Shown here: piece after piece, positions 23,613 through 32,934 of the stretch
Layout: the number at the start of each line of letters is the position of its first letter
Position numbering within the stretch: position 1 is the stretch's first letter
Virus record (IMG/VR): IMGVR_UViG_3300025294_000002
Source: a virus
Strand: one strand, 5' to 3'
DNA length: 41,691 bases
Notes under the pieces: model-generated
Seen by the model: only the letters and a program-made list of their open reading frames with translations
Databases searched by the model: none
Told to the model about the DNA's origin: nothing
Translations under genes and position numbers: made by a program

Positions 23613-24109
23613 CGCACGAGCCCCGGCCAGCGCTCGCTGGTGTACAGCACGCGCGGCCAGCGACGGTTGATCATGTCCGACCGCTCGGCTGTCAGCTCCA
23701 CCGCGTCCTCGGTCGCGGTCACGTTCGTCGCGGCCAGCCGCAGCGGTGACGCCCCGGGTGCGTTCGGGTTCGAGCGCAGGTAGACGCGCCAGACAATCGA
23801 GATCGGGAACTGCGGCTGCGCCTGCGCAAGCTCCAGCGCGTTCCAGATCTCCGCGCCGACGTTGTCGAGCGTGATCGACATATCCTGCCGGCCCTGCACG
23901 CCTGCCGACGGCAGGTCGACCCGGAACGCGAGCGGCGTCGTCTGGAAGCGGCGACCGTCCTCGAACGTGACCATGATCGACGTGTCGATGTACGCGAGGA
24001 CGTACGGCTGCGCCCAGCCCGGGTGCGACAGCTCCAGCACGTCGATCCAGGCATCACCAGGCGGGGCCTGCGTCAGGTAACTCTGCAGCGCGGCGGTCGG
24101 CCCGATCAT
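23609..24109 (-). CDS. Minor tail protein, DUF1833-like (166 aa)
   Basis: AWIDVLELSHPGW...PLAFRVDLPSAG...SITLDNVGAEIWNAL. Lies directly after the tape measure. Confidence 0.8.
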   Translation of the reverse strand: MIGPTAALQSYLTQAPPGDAWIDVLELSHPGWAQPYVLAYIDTSIMVTFEDGRRFQTTPLAFRVDLPSAGVQGRQDMSITLDNVGAEIWNALELAQAQPQFPISIVWRVYLRSNPNAPGASPLRLAATNVTATEDAVELTAERSDMINRRWPRVLYTSERWPGLVR

Positions 24110-26322
24110 CGGCGGACCCCGTACGCGCGCTCGATCGCGGCGCTGACTTGATTACCGCCACGCGAGATCTGCGCAGCCAGCGCATTGGACATCTGGTCGA
24201 TGGTGATCCGCATGTTGGACGGGTCGTCCTGCGAGGTGGTCACCTGCGCCCCGACGTTGTTGATCACCGTGACGTTCATCCCGCCACCGCCCACGGCCTG
24301 CACCCCGAGCTTGCCGTTCGCGCCGCGCGCCAGCGGCAGCACGCCTTCCGGACCGGCCTCGCCCATGACACCCATGCGGCGACCGCCCGCGAACGAAAAC
24401 CGCGTCGGCCCCATGACCACGCCGCCCTGCGCGAACGCCTCCAAACCATTCGGGCCGAACGCATTGCCCTTCGCGTTGGCCGTGCCGAACATTGCGTTGA
24501 TGCCTCGCATCGCGGCCTGCTGCAGCGCCAGCGCGGCGAGCTGGATGATCAAGCGCTTGACCGCCTCCTCCGCGTCCTCCGCGCCGGTGATGACCGCGCC
24601 GAAAATCTCGCCGAAGCCGGTGCCGAGCGTCTCGGCGTACTGCTGCTGCTCCTGCGTCAGCTTGTTCTGCTGGTCGCTGATCTGCTTCACACCCGCGTTG
24701 TATTCGTCGAGCGAGATGCGCCCGGTGTTGTACGCGGCGGTGAGGTTGTCGACCGCCGCCTTCGCGGAGATCGCACCGCCGGTCTGCGCGTCGAACGCGT
24801 CCTTCGCGAAGCGCGCCCACTGGTCCAGCTCGTCGGCCAGCGTCGTCATCGACTTGGCGCGCTGGTTGTTGAGGACGATCTCCTGCGAGTAGCTGTCGTT
24901 CGCCGCTCGCTGCAGGTCGATCTGGTCCTGCGTCGAACCCATCACGCGAGCCTGCGCGTCCTCGATATTGCGAATGGACTGATCGCGCGATGCCCGCAGC
25001 GCATCCTCATTCGCGAGCGCGTCGGCGAGCAGCTTCTGGGTCTGCTCGCGCTCGCGACGCAACGCCTCCTCGGCGTCCTTCTGGCGCTTCGCCGCTTCGG
25101 CAGCGCGGTCACGCGCGGCGGCTTCGGCTGCGGCCTGCGCAGCGGCTTTCTTGTTCGCCTCCTCGCCTTCGGCCTGCGCGCGCGCAGCGGCCTCGCGGGC
25201 GGTGCGCTCGCGCGCCAGGCGAGCCAGCGTCTCCTGCTCCCAGCGCGCGGCGAACTCGGCCTGCGCCTTCTGTGCAGCAGCCGCGTCCTGCGCGGCCTTC
25301 TGCTTCTCGCGGAACGCGTGCAGCTCCGCGTCCGAACTGCCGCCCGCCAGTGCGGCGTTCCCGTGCTGGAGCAGCTCGCGCGTGCGACGACCGTTCTCCT
25401 GAAAGGCGCGGTAGATATTGGTGAGCGTCTCGTCCGCCGCGTTGCCCCAGCGGATCAGATCCGCGAACGCCTTCCCCAGCTCGGCCGCGTCCGACTTCGC
25501 GCCGGCCATGCCGCTGCCGGCCTGCTTCGCGCTGTCGGCGACGCCGCCCATCTCCTGCGCGGTCTGCATCAGCACCGGGATCAGCGGGCGGAGGAACTCG
25601 GCCAGCAGGGCGGTGCCCTGAATCTTGAGGATCTCGGTCTGGTCGACGAAGTCCGCCGCCGCACGCACGGTGCGCTCGTCGATGATGACGCCCAGCGAGA
25701 TCGCCTTGTCGCGCAGCTCGGCGAACTGCGTGACCAGGGGCAGCAGCTCAGTCGCACCCTTGCCCAGCAGCGCGACCGCAGCGGCCATGCGCGACGTCTG
25801 GTCGGGCAGGCCCTGCAGCGCGGTGCCGATGGTCGCGAGCGCGTCACCGGCCTCCATCGAGCGCAATTGGTTCGCGGACAGGCCGAGCTGCTTGATGGCG
25901 TCCGCCGCCTTCTTCCCCGCGCCGGTGCCGATCTGCCCGAGGTTGATCTGCAGCTTCGCGAGCGCCTTCTCGGCATCCCCGAGATCGACACCGGTCTGCG
26001 ACGCGGCGAACCCAATCGCCTGCAGCGTCTCGGTGGTGGTGTTGAGCTTGTCGGCGGAGTCGGCGAGGTTGTCGAGCTTGTCGAACATCGCTTCGATGCC
26101 CGACGTGATCGCGGAGATACCCTGCTGCAGCGCGCCGGACAGGAACGAACCGGCGAACACTTCCGCAATGCCGCGCGAGGCGGACTTGATGTCCGCGACC
26201 CAGCCCTGCGAGGCGGACTTGATGAGCTTGTTGGACTTGGCGACATCCGCACGCAGGCCCTCCATCTCCATCTGGAGCTGGACGACGAGCTTGCCGATGT
26301 CCTTGCTTGCGCCTGCCATCAC
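24106..26322 (-). CDS. Tape measure protein (738 aa)
   Basis: Long Ala/Glu/Arg-rich helical protein after the G/GT chaperone pair. Confidence 0.9.
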   Translation of the reverse strand: MMAGASKDIGKLVVQLQMEMEGLRADVAKSNKLIKSASQGWVADIKSASRGIAEVFAGSFLSGALQQGISAITSGIEAMFDKLDNLADSADKLNTTTETLQAIGFAASQTGVDLGDAEKALAKLQINLGQIGTGAGKKAADAIKQLGLSANQLRSMEAGDALATIGTALQGLPDQTSRMAAAVALLGKGATELLPLVTQFAELRDKAISLGVIIDERTVRAAADFVDQTEILKIQGTALLAEFLRPLIPVLMQTAQEMGGVADSAKQAGSGMAGAKSDAAELGKAFADLIRWGNAADETLTNIYRAFQENGRRTRELLQHGNAALAGGSSDAELHAFREKQKAAQDAAAAQKAQAEFAARWEQETLARLARERTAREAAARAQAEGEEANKKAAAQAAAEAAARDRAAEAAKRQKDAEEALRREREQTQKLLADALANEDALRASRDQSIRNIEDAQARVMGSTQDQIDLQRAANDSYSQEIVLNNQRAKSMTTLADELDQWARFAKDAFDAQTGGAISAKAAVDNLTAAYNTGRISLDEYNAGVKQISDQQNKLTQEQQQYAETLGTGFGEIFGAVITGAEDAEEAVKRLIIQLAALALQQAAMRGINAMFGTANAKGNAFGPNGLEAFAQGGVVMGPTRFSFAGGRRMGVMGEAGPEGVLPLARGANGKLGVQAVGGGGMNVTVINNVGAQVTTSQDDPSNMRITIDQMSNALAAQISRGGNQVSAAIERAYGVRR

Positions 26323-26327
26323 TCACC

Positions 26328-26851
26328 TCATGCACCGAGCCCTGCGGCAATCGCCTCGCCGGACAGGCCCTCGGTCGACATGGGCGGTGGCGGACGACTC
26401 TGGTCGTAGAAAAAGCGAATCCACTCTGCGTACTCGCGCGCCGGCATCTCGCGCTCCAGCCGATAAACCGGCATGCCCAAACGCAGCGCGAGCGTGAACA
26501 GCGACGCGCGTTCGGGCGCTAGTCTTTTGGGCCGCCGTCCTCCTCCGGCTCCTCCGCTGCGTAACCGGTCATCTCCAACGCCTGCCCGGTCAGCGCCATC
26601 ACCGACTTCATCTTTCGCGCGCCCATGCCGGCCAGCTCCTCGGCGGTGAACTGCTGGCCGTCGACGCGCAGACACAGCGCGATGACGCACAACACCACCG
26701 GGAGCCGGTCCGCCTCGTCCTGCTCGTTGCGCGCGTCCGTCATGCGCAACACGTCCAGGATCGGCGGCTCGACCAGCTCCACGTGCTGGCCGAGTCGCGA
26801 ATCCTTGATCACGATGCGGGCAAGTCCGTCGTCCTTCGCCTTCATGTCCAT
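26328..26851 (-). CDS. Tail assembly chaperone GT-type fusion via -1 frameshift
   Basis: G frame runs to CCCAAAA (26525-26531), then the -1 frame gives PKRLAPERASLFTLALRLGMPVYRLEREMPAREYAEWIRFFYDQ... with a stop at 26328. Confidence 0.65.
26519..26851 (-). CDS. Tail assembly chaperone G-type (110 aa)
   Basis: ORF track entry. Acidic C-terminus, located between the tube and tape measure genes. Confidence 0.8.
   Translation of the reverse strand: MDMKAKDDGLARIVIKDSRLGQHVELVEPPILDVLRMTDARNEQDEADRLPVVLCVIALCLRVDGQQFTAEELAGMGARKMKSVMALTGQALEMTGYAAEEPEEDGGPKD
26525..26531 (-). promoter_or_regulatory. Slippery heptamer C CCA AAA for the -1 programmed frameshift
   Basis: X XXY YYZ pattern in the G frame, 2 codons before the G stop. 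The -1 frame stays open to 26328. Confidence 0.65.
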
Positions 26852-26854
26852 GAC

Positions 26855-27535
26855 TCAGTCCACGATGCGAACGGGCTTGGTGCCGAGCGTGAACTCGCCC
26901 GTGAAGGCAGCCGCCGCGCCGACTTGGAACGTCTCGGAAATGCCGGACGTGGTGACGGACGGATACAGGATCACGCCGTCGCCACCAGGCGTTGCCGACG
27001 GCGGGAGCTGCACCATCAGGATGCGAGGAATGCCGTCCTCCGCCGCCTTGAGGAACTCCAGAAAGCCGGCGGACGTGTAGTCCTCGAAGCCGGAGATCGA
27101 GACGCTGCCCGCCTGCGGTTCGCCCGCGAGCTGGGCTGCCGGATCGCACGTCGTACCGACCGAGATCGCCTGCGCCGGCTCCTGCGTGTACTCCAGCGAC
27201 GCGAGGCAGAACTCGACCATATCGGCCGCGTGGTTGGTCACGTTGCCGACGGTCGACGGCGCGGTCGCGCTGGTCGCATCCGAGCCGCGCAGCACGAAGG
27301 TGTTCGCGGTGTCGTCGACCGAGCCGACCACGAAGGTGCGCCCGTCGAGCGTGGAAATGCCGGTGGCGGCGACGACGACCGGATCGCCTTCCTTGAACTT
27401 GCCGATGTCGGTCGAACCGACGGTGACGACGGCCGGCTTCGCATTGCTTACCGACGTCACCACGACGGCGGTCGGGCTGGAGCCGGGCTTCTTCTCCAGA
27501 TAGATCTTCATGCCCTTGGTGGAAAAAGCGCCCAT
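26855..27535 (-). CDS. Major tail (tube) protein (226 aa)
   Basis: Position between the tail completion genes and the chaperone. Beta-rich composition. Confidence 0.85.
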   Translation of the reverse strand: MGAFSTKGMKIYLEKKPGSSPTAVVVTSVSNAKPAVVTVGSTDIGKFKEGDPVVVAATGISTLDGRTFVVGSVDDTANTFVLRGSDATSATAPSTVGNVTNHAADMVEFCLASLEYTQEPAQAISVGTTCDPAAQLAGEPQAGSVSISGFEDYTSAGFLEFLKAAEDGIPRILMVQLPPSATPGGDGVILYPSVTTSGISETFQVGAAAAFTGEFTLGTKPVRIVD

Positions 27536-27547
27536 CTCGGAGCCTCC

Positions 27548-27922
27548 TCAAGCGTTGGGGGAGACGTCGAACACGCGAAAGCTCTGCTGGACGTAGTGCG
27601 CCCGCAGGTCGGCGTCGTAATTGCTGATCTCCGACTCCAGCGAGTCGGCTTCGACTAGCAGCGGCGGACGCGCCGCATCGGCCATGCGCCGCGCATCCAC
27701 GAGCTGGCGCGCGACGTAGGTGACCTGCACGGTGACGAAACACCGGTCGGTCTCGGTGCCGCACAAGGACGCGAGCCATTCCGTCTCGGTGCGTTCCACA
27801 ATCGTGAAAGGCAGCGCGGTCGGCTTGGTCTCCGGTCCCTGCGGCGAATAGGAATTCAGCACCGGCCCGGCCCAGCCCGGCAGCGTCTTGATCAGGTCGA
27901 TGAACTCGCGGTCGGCAGCCAT
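27548..27922 (-). CDS. Tail completion/terminator-like protein (124 aa)
   Basis: Internal ATG of ORF 27548-28054 (MAADREFIDLIKTLPGW...). TAATG overlap. Confidence 0.7.
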   Translation of the reverse strand: MAADREFIDLIKTLPGWAGPVLNSYSPQGPETKPTALPFTIVERTETEWLASLCGTETDRCFVTVQVTYVARQLVDARRMADAARPPLLVEADSLESEISNYDADLRAHYVQQSFRVFDVSPNA

Positions 27923-28455
27923 TACGGTCCGGCCCCCGTCGTCGCGAAATGTGCGCGCCACAGCGAGCGACGCATCGATTGGTTCATCACCTCCAGCGCG
28001 CGCCCGCCCATCGCGTTGAGCGCCGGGTGCAGGAACGGCCGACCAGGCACCCACGAGCGCGCACCGTTGCGTGCGCGGTGCAGGAACCCGTACTCCATCA
28101 GGTGCGCGTGGCCAGCCTTGTTGCGGACCAGACCCTTGCCACCCTTCGCGTACACGCGCACGCGGTGCGACTGCGTGCCGCCCTTGACGAACGCACGCCC
28201 GACGGACAGCGCGTTCGGGATACGGCCGTAGCGGCGACGCGTGCCGCGCCCGTCGGCGCGATCCAGAATCCCCTGCTTGCCGAAGCCCAGCGCGCGCGCG
28301 TTCTTGACCGCAGCGGTGCGGACCACGCGACCGCCAGCGGTGAGCGCGGTGAGCGCGGCGCGGCCGGCGACCTTGTCGCCCGCGAACTCCGCGAGGTTGC
28401 GCGTCATCTCCTGCAGGCCGTGGACGCTGACGTCGACAGATGACCGGTTAGCCAT
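27922..28455 (-). CDS. HK97 gp10-family head-tail joining protein (177 aa)
   Basis: N-terminus VSVHGLQEMTRNLAEF...AALTALTAGGRVVRTAAVKNA. Confidence 0.8.
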   Translation of the reverse strand: MANRSSVDVSVHGLQEMTRNLAEFAGDKVAGRAALTALTAGGRVVRTAAVKNARALGFGKQGILDRADGRGTRRRYGRIPNALSVGRAFVKGGTQSHRVRVYAKGGKGLVRNKAGHAHLMEYGFLHRARNGARSWVPGRPFLHPALNAMGGRALEVMNQSMRRSLWRAHFATTGAGP

Positions 28456-28786
28456 CGGACACCCCCGACACGCACACCGCCGACATCCACGAGCGCTTGG
28501 CGTCGTAGGTCAGGCCGATGACTGCATAGGTGACGTCGTGCCGCGCATCGAGGATGCGGCAGCTCGAATCGATCGAGATGCTGCGCGGGGGATGCCGGAA
28601 CGTGATCCGCCAATCGCCAGCCGCCTCTTCCCGCTGCCCGCTGAAATATTCCCGCCCGCGCAGCACCTCGATCTTCGCCGCGCACGTCCACAGGTCGAGC
28701 CACGTGCGTGCGGGCGCACCGAGGGTGTCGACGCTCTCGACGGGCGCTTGGATGGTGATCCGGTCGCGGAATTTCCCGGGCTGCAT
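28448..28786 (-). CDS. Head-tail adaptor / head closure protein (112 aa)
   Basis: Internal ATG of ORF 28448-28885: MQPGKFRDRITIQAPVESVDTLG... Confidence 0.75.
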   Translation of the reverse strand: MQPGKFRDRITIQAPVESVDTLGAPARTWLDLWTCAAKIEVLRGREYFSGQREEAAGDWRITFRHPPRSISIDSSCRILDARHDVTYAVIGLTYDAKRSWMSAVCVSGVSDG

Positions 28787-28788
28787 CG

Positions 28789-29325
28789 TCAGCACCTCGG
28801 GGTCCAGTGCGTCATCAGCCACCGGTCGACAAAGCCCGGAACCTCCGACACCGCGAAGTCGGACGTCGTGCCGCGCCGCTCCCACCAGTCGACGGTGAGC
28901 TGCAGCAGCGCGTCATCGATCGAGCGCGAGCGCTCGGCAGCCGGCAGCGACGTGACCACGACGACATCGCCGACCTGCAGCGGGCCGACCAGCACCGGCT
29001 GGCAGTTGTTCCAGCCCGTCCACGTCAAGGCGAACTGCGCGGTGATGTCCACGCCCGTGCGCGTGACGGTGAAGCCGGCCACCGGTCCCCACAACGGCAG
29101 CGGCGTCGAGCCGCTCGGATGGTCGGATGCGTCGACCGTCCAGGTGTAGCCGGTCGCGACCAGGCGCGCTTCCATCGTGCGGTCGAACTGCGCGCACACC
29201 CGGGTCAGGACGTCCTGCAGCGCGGCGTCGTCCTCGGCGGTGTCGATGCGCAGGTAGACCTTCGCCTCCTCCAGCAGCGCGGTGGCGATGGCGGCGTAGT
29301 CCTTGGCCAGCGGCACGGTCGACAT
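28789..29325 (-). CDS. gp6-like head-tail connector protein (178 aa)
   Basis: LLEEAKVYLRIDTAEDDAALQDVLTRV, the typical N-terminal motif. Confidence 0.8.
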   Translation of the reverse strand: MSTVPLAKDYAAIATALLEEAKVYLRIDTAEDDAALQDVLTRVCAQFDRTMEARLVATGYTWTVDASDHPSGSTPLPLWGPVAGFTVTRTGVDITAQFALTWTGWNNCQPVLVGPLQVGDVVVVTSLPAAERSRSIDDALLQLTVDWWERRGTTSDFAVSEVPGFVDRWLMTHWTPRC

Positions 29326-30713
29326 CAGACCCTCCCGCCCATCGGCAGCCAGACATCCGGCGCGAGGTGCGGCGCGAGGCCCTGCGCGGAACCGGTGGCG
29401 AGGTAGGACGCACCCGCGTGCGAGACGACGTCGCCGCGCGCGTAGTGCGCGGTGCTGACGAACGTCCCTCGGAACAGCAGCGGCGCGGCGTCGTCGGGAA
29501 AGACGCGCACGACCAGGCTGCGGTGATCGGTGGTCACGACCTGCAGCGCGCCATCGGCGTACGCGATGCGCTCGATGCCGGCACCGTCGTGCCCCTTCGG
29601 GCCGCGCTTGCCTTGCTTGAGGAACAGCCGCCAGCCGTCCTGCGGGCAGTCGGTGTAGACGCGCTCGCGCTCGCAGACGAACAGCGAACCGGACGCGGCG
29701 AGCGCGACATCGCCAGGCGAGTAGATGCCGGCGTGGAACAGGCCACGGAACCGGAAGCCCGGGCCGGCGGGACCGTCATCGCCCGGGCCTCCCGGCTCCC
29801 CCGCCTTCCCGTGCAACGCCAGCACCCGCCAGTCCGGGCAGTCCGCACACGGCGGCTCGTATGTCTCGTTCTCCGCGACCGCCATCGCCCAGCGATCCGG
29901 ATGGCCGTCGTGGCAGATCACCGCTTCGCCCGCGCGGTAGATGCGCCCGGGGACGTACGGCTCCACGTCGGCGAACGAACCCGGTGGACCAGGCGGACCG
30001 GGCTCGCCCGGCTCGCCGGGCTGCGGCTCGAACTCGCGCATCTCGCGCTGCAGCTCCGCGAAGTCCGCGTACGTCGACAGCAGACGGTCCTGCAGGCCGA
30101 CCGTGCCCTCGTGGATGGCCTGCTGCAGCGAGCGGCGGTACTCCTCGGCAGCGGCATCGAGCGAGGGACGCAGGATCGCCATCGCGGCCTCCAGCTCCTC
30201 CACGCGCGTGACCACCTCCGACAGCGCCTGCGTCGCCTGCGCCCCGCTCTCCTCCAGACCGGCGACCGCGATGTTCAACGCGGATGTGAGGCGGTCCTCC
30301 GAGCCGGCCAGCTCGTCGCGCATCGCGGCCAGTGCGCGGTCGTGTTCGTCGATGGCAGCGGACAGCGCCTCGCGCATCGGCTCCAGCGCAGACGACAGTT
30401 CGTCGACGCGCTCGCCCATGCGCTGCAGCCAGTCGCCGGTCTCGGCGCTCGCGCTCGCCAGCTCGGCGACCACGTCGGCCAGCTCGCCGTTCAATTCGCG
30501 CTGCGCCTGCGCGAGCAGCTCCGCGAGGTTGTCGATCGATCGCTGCAGCGGCGACAGGTCCGGAGCCGGCGCGTCCTCCACAATCTGGATGCGCCCGAGG
30601 ATCACGTCCTGCGTGGCGAGCGCACCATCGATCTGGCGCACCAGGGGCGCGAGCTGCTCCAGCGTGAACTCGGCCATGCCCTCGATCAGGGCGACATCGC
30701 GCGGGTCAGCCAT
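29325..30713 (-). CDS. Coiled-coil plus collagen-like (G-X-Y) protein with three Y-x-x-G-D/E...W repeats (462 aa)
   Basis: GEPGEPGPPGPPG, GKAGEPGGPGDDGPAGPG and GKRGPKGHDG each precede a CBM5/12-like string (e.g. HYARGDVVSHAGASYLA...PDVW). Confidence 0.85.
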   Translation of the reverse strand: MADPRDVALIEGMAEFTLEQLAPLVRQIDGALATQDVILGRIQIVEDAPAPDLSPLQRSIDNLAELLAQAQRELNGELADVVAELASASAETGDWLQRMGERVDELSSALEPMREALSAAIDEHDRALAAMRDELAGSEDRLTSALNIAVAGLEESGAQATQALSEVVTRVEELEAAMAILRPSLDAAAEEYRRSLQQAIHEGTVGLQDRLLSTYADFAELQREMREFEPQPGEPGEPGPPGPPGSFADVEPYVPGRIYRAGEAVICHDGHPDRWAMAVAENETYEPPCADCPDWRVLALHGKAGEPGGPGDDGPAGPGFRFRGLFHAGIYSPGDVALAASGSLFVCERERVYTDCPQDGWRLFLKQGKRGPKGHDGAGIERIAYADGALQVVTTDHRSLVVRVFPDDAAPLLFRGTFVSTAHYARGDVVSHAGASYLATGSAQGLAPHLAPDVWLPMGGRV

Positions 30714-32142
30714 GAGCCTGCTTCCTCTGCACGAGCGCGCGCGCGAGGTCGATCACCTGCGCGCGCGTCGGGGTCTGGTCGTCGTCGCCGTCGTCCTGCT
30801 CGGACGCTGGCGGAATCGGATCGGGCGCTGGCACGGCCGGTGCCGGCGGCTCCCAATCGAGCGCCACGAGCTGCTGCTGCACGCGCGGCATATCGCCGCC
30901 CTCGACTTCGGGCAGGCTCTCGGTGCGGCGCGCTTCGTTCGGCGCGAACACGCCGCCCTGCACGCCGCGCACGAGCGCGTCGATCCGGTCCTTGAACGCA
31001 GACCGCAGCAGGTCGGTGGTGTCGAACTCGGAATACTGGCCTTCGGGCAGGCCGAAAAACTTGTCGAGCGACAGCTCAACGTGGTTGAGCAGGAACCCCA
31101 GACCCGACGACAGCCAGAACGTCATCAACGTCTCGGCGTTCGAGTAGGTCGTGGTGCCGTCGTTGATCCCGATCATCACGCCCGGGATGCGCAGCGCCCG
31201 CGCGATGTCGCCGACGGTGAGCTTGAAATACTCGATGAGCTGCGTGTCGGTTGCGTTGAGCGACAGCGACTGCCACTTCAAGCCGGCCGTCAGGATCGGA
31301 ACGCCACCGAGGTTCAAACCGGTCGACTGCTCCTGCCAGCGCTCGCGCAGCTCGGCGACCTGCTTCGTCGTCAGCACCATGTCGGTGTTGAGCGTTCCGC
31401 TCGGCCGACTCATGTTCGCGAAGAACGCCTGCTGCTGCGCGGAGATGCTTGCATTCGCGGCAGCGGCCAGCACCGCGGATTCCAGCGGCGTCACACCGAC
31501 CAGCGGATTGCGCGGCGTGTTGAGCTTGAGGTGCCAGACCAGGCGGGCCGGCACTACGCGATCTGCCCATTGCCCCGGCGGCAGCGGCGTCACGTCGTAG
31601 CCGGAGAAGTCGTAGAAGATCTCGCGCGACACCGGATCGACGCGCGGCTGCGCGCGGTCCGGCAGCGGGTGCATCTCCTGAACCACGCTGCGGTCATCGC
31701 GCACCGCGAGCGCGTACGCGTTGCCCCGGTAGAACAGCGCGCGGACCTGATTGAGGATGAAGTCCGAGCGCGTCTGGTACGCGTTCGGGTTGCGCAGCAC
31801 GCGCGACAGCGCGGAGTCGAGCTTCCTGCGTCCGCCGTTCGGCAAGTCCTGCCAGTGGTAGAGCGACAGCATCGCGGCGGTCTGCGCGTACGCGGAGATC
31901 GCCGACTCCACCGCCGCGCACGCATCCTCCATCCACCGACCTGGCACGCCGGTCTGCCAGAAGTTCCACGGCGCGTTGAGCGGCAGCCAGCCGGAGTCCG
32001 CCGTCAGCGTGTAGCGCTGCGGCGGAAACTCCCAGCCGGGACCGCCCTTCGTCGTGCGTCGCCGCGCACGCGGCTTCGCCGGCAGCGACTCGCTGCGCGG
32101 CTTGCGCGGCTTGACCACCTCGCCACTCGCCTTACGCGCCAT
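30706..32142 (-). CDS. Portal protein, HK97 family (478 aa)
   Basis: Length and motifs typical of HK97-type portals (ILNQVRALFYRGNAYALAVRDD..., ...GVPILTAGLKWQSLSL...). Confidence 0.95.
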   Translation of the reverse strand: MARKASGEVVKPRKPRSESLPAKPRARRRTTKGGPGWEFPPQRYTLTADSGWLPLNAPWNFWQTGVPGRWMEDACAAVESAISAYAQTAAMLSLYHWQDLPNGGRRKLDSALSRVLRNPNAYQTRSDFILNQVRALFYRGNAYALAVRDDRSVVQEMHPLPDRAQPRVDPVSREIFYDFSGYDVTPLPPGQWADRVVPARLVWHLKLNTPRNPLVGVTPLESAVLAAAANASISAQQQAFFANMSRPSGTLNTDMVLTTKQVAELRERWQEQSTGLNLGGVPILTAGLKWQSLSLNATDTQLIEYFKLTVGDIARALRIPGVMIGINDGTTTYSNAETLMTFWLSSGLGFLLNHVELSLDKFFGLPEGQYSEFDTTDLLRSAFKDRIDALVRGVQGGVFAPNEARRTESLPEVEGGDMPRVQQQLVALDWEPPAPAVPAPDPIPPASEQDDGDDDQTPTRAQVIDLARALVQRKQAHG

Positions 32143-32151
32143 GACGCCGCC

Positions 32152-32883
32152 TCACGCTGCGAAAACGGTGGTCGACTTCGAGGCCGTGCGCGACTGCATC
32201 GCCGAATCGCTCGCGCGAACGGTGAACGAATGCGCGCCTTCGGCTAGACCCGAGACGGCGGTCTCCACGCGGTCGCCCGCGACGCGGAAATTGCCGCCCT
32301 CGTCGTCGGTCAGCTCGTACGAAAACGGCGCGGTGCCGCCGCTGCAGGAAAGCGTGCCGACCAGGGTGCCGACCGGTGAATCGACGGTGATCTCGTCCCC
32401 AGCGGCCATGCTCACGCCCGTGATCGCAGGACCGGGTTCGGCCTCCGGCTCTGCCGCTTCGGACACCGACACGGTGATCGCGAGTGGGCGACGCGAGCCC
32501 ACGCTATCGGTCGCGACGACGACGACCTCGTGATCGCCCACCGCGAGTAGCTTCGTCGTGCGCAGCGAATTGCCGCTGACGGTGAAGCTGTCGTTGTCGT
32601 CGTAGTCCGGCGCGACCGCGAACGTGTACGGCGCGGTGCCGCCCGTCGCTGCGAGGGTGCCCGCATCGGTGTCCGCAGGCGAAGCGGTCGTGACCGGCTT
32701 CGGAGTGAACGTCACCGCCGAAATCGGCGGAGCCGGCGGCGTGCGGTCGAGCATCTTGAACATGCTGTAGACGCGCGATGCCGAACCCTCCGCCACGAGC
32801 AACGTCGCCAGCGCGTTCGGCACGCTGACGAATCCGAGCTTGTCGTTGAGGTTCGAGCGCTTGAACTGCCAGAGCCATGCCAT
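32152..32883 (-). CDS. Ig/cadherin-like repeat protein, probable head decoration (243 aa)
   Basis: Two repeats: GGTAPYTFAV...FTVSGNSL...VVVVATDS and GGTAPFSYEL...FRVAGDRV...FTVRASDS. Confidence 0.8.
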   Translation of the reverse strand: MAWLWQFKRSNLNDKLGFVSVPNALATLLVAEGSASRVYSMFKMLDRTPPAPPISAVTFTPKPVTTASPADTDAGTLAATGGTAPYTFAVAPDYDDNDSFTVSGNSLRTTKLLAVGDHEVVVVATDSVGSRRPLAITVSVSEAAEPEAEPGPAITGVSMAAGDEITVDSPVGTLVGTLSCSGGTAPFSYELTDDEGGNFRVAGDRVETAVSGLAEGAHSFTVRASDSAMQSRTASKSTTVFAA

Positions 32884-32900
32884 GTCGGTAACCCCTTAAG

Positions 32901-32934
32901 AAAAAGGGGTCCGCGCGCAAGGCGAGCGGACCCC
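32901..32934 (-). terminator. Terminator/attenuator hairpin after the capsid gene
   Basis: GGGGTCCGC-N11-GCGGACCCC then TTTTTCTT. A competing hairpin ACCCCTT-tttctt-AAGGGGT sequesters the SD of the next gene. Confidence 0.7.

Noticed and set aside
26328-27779. 483-aa ORF spanning the tail tube, chaperone and terminator-like genes
   Set aside because: Only its last 65 or so codons are meaningful, as the -1 frameshift extension of the tail chaperone. The rest overlaps well-supported genes in another frame.
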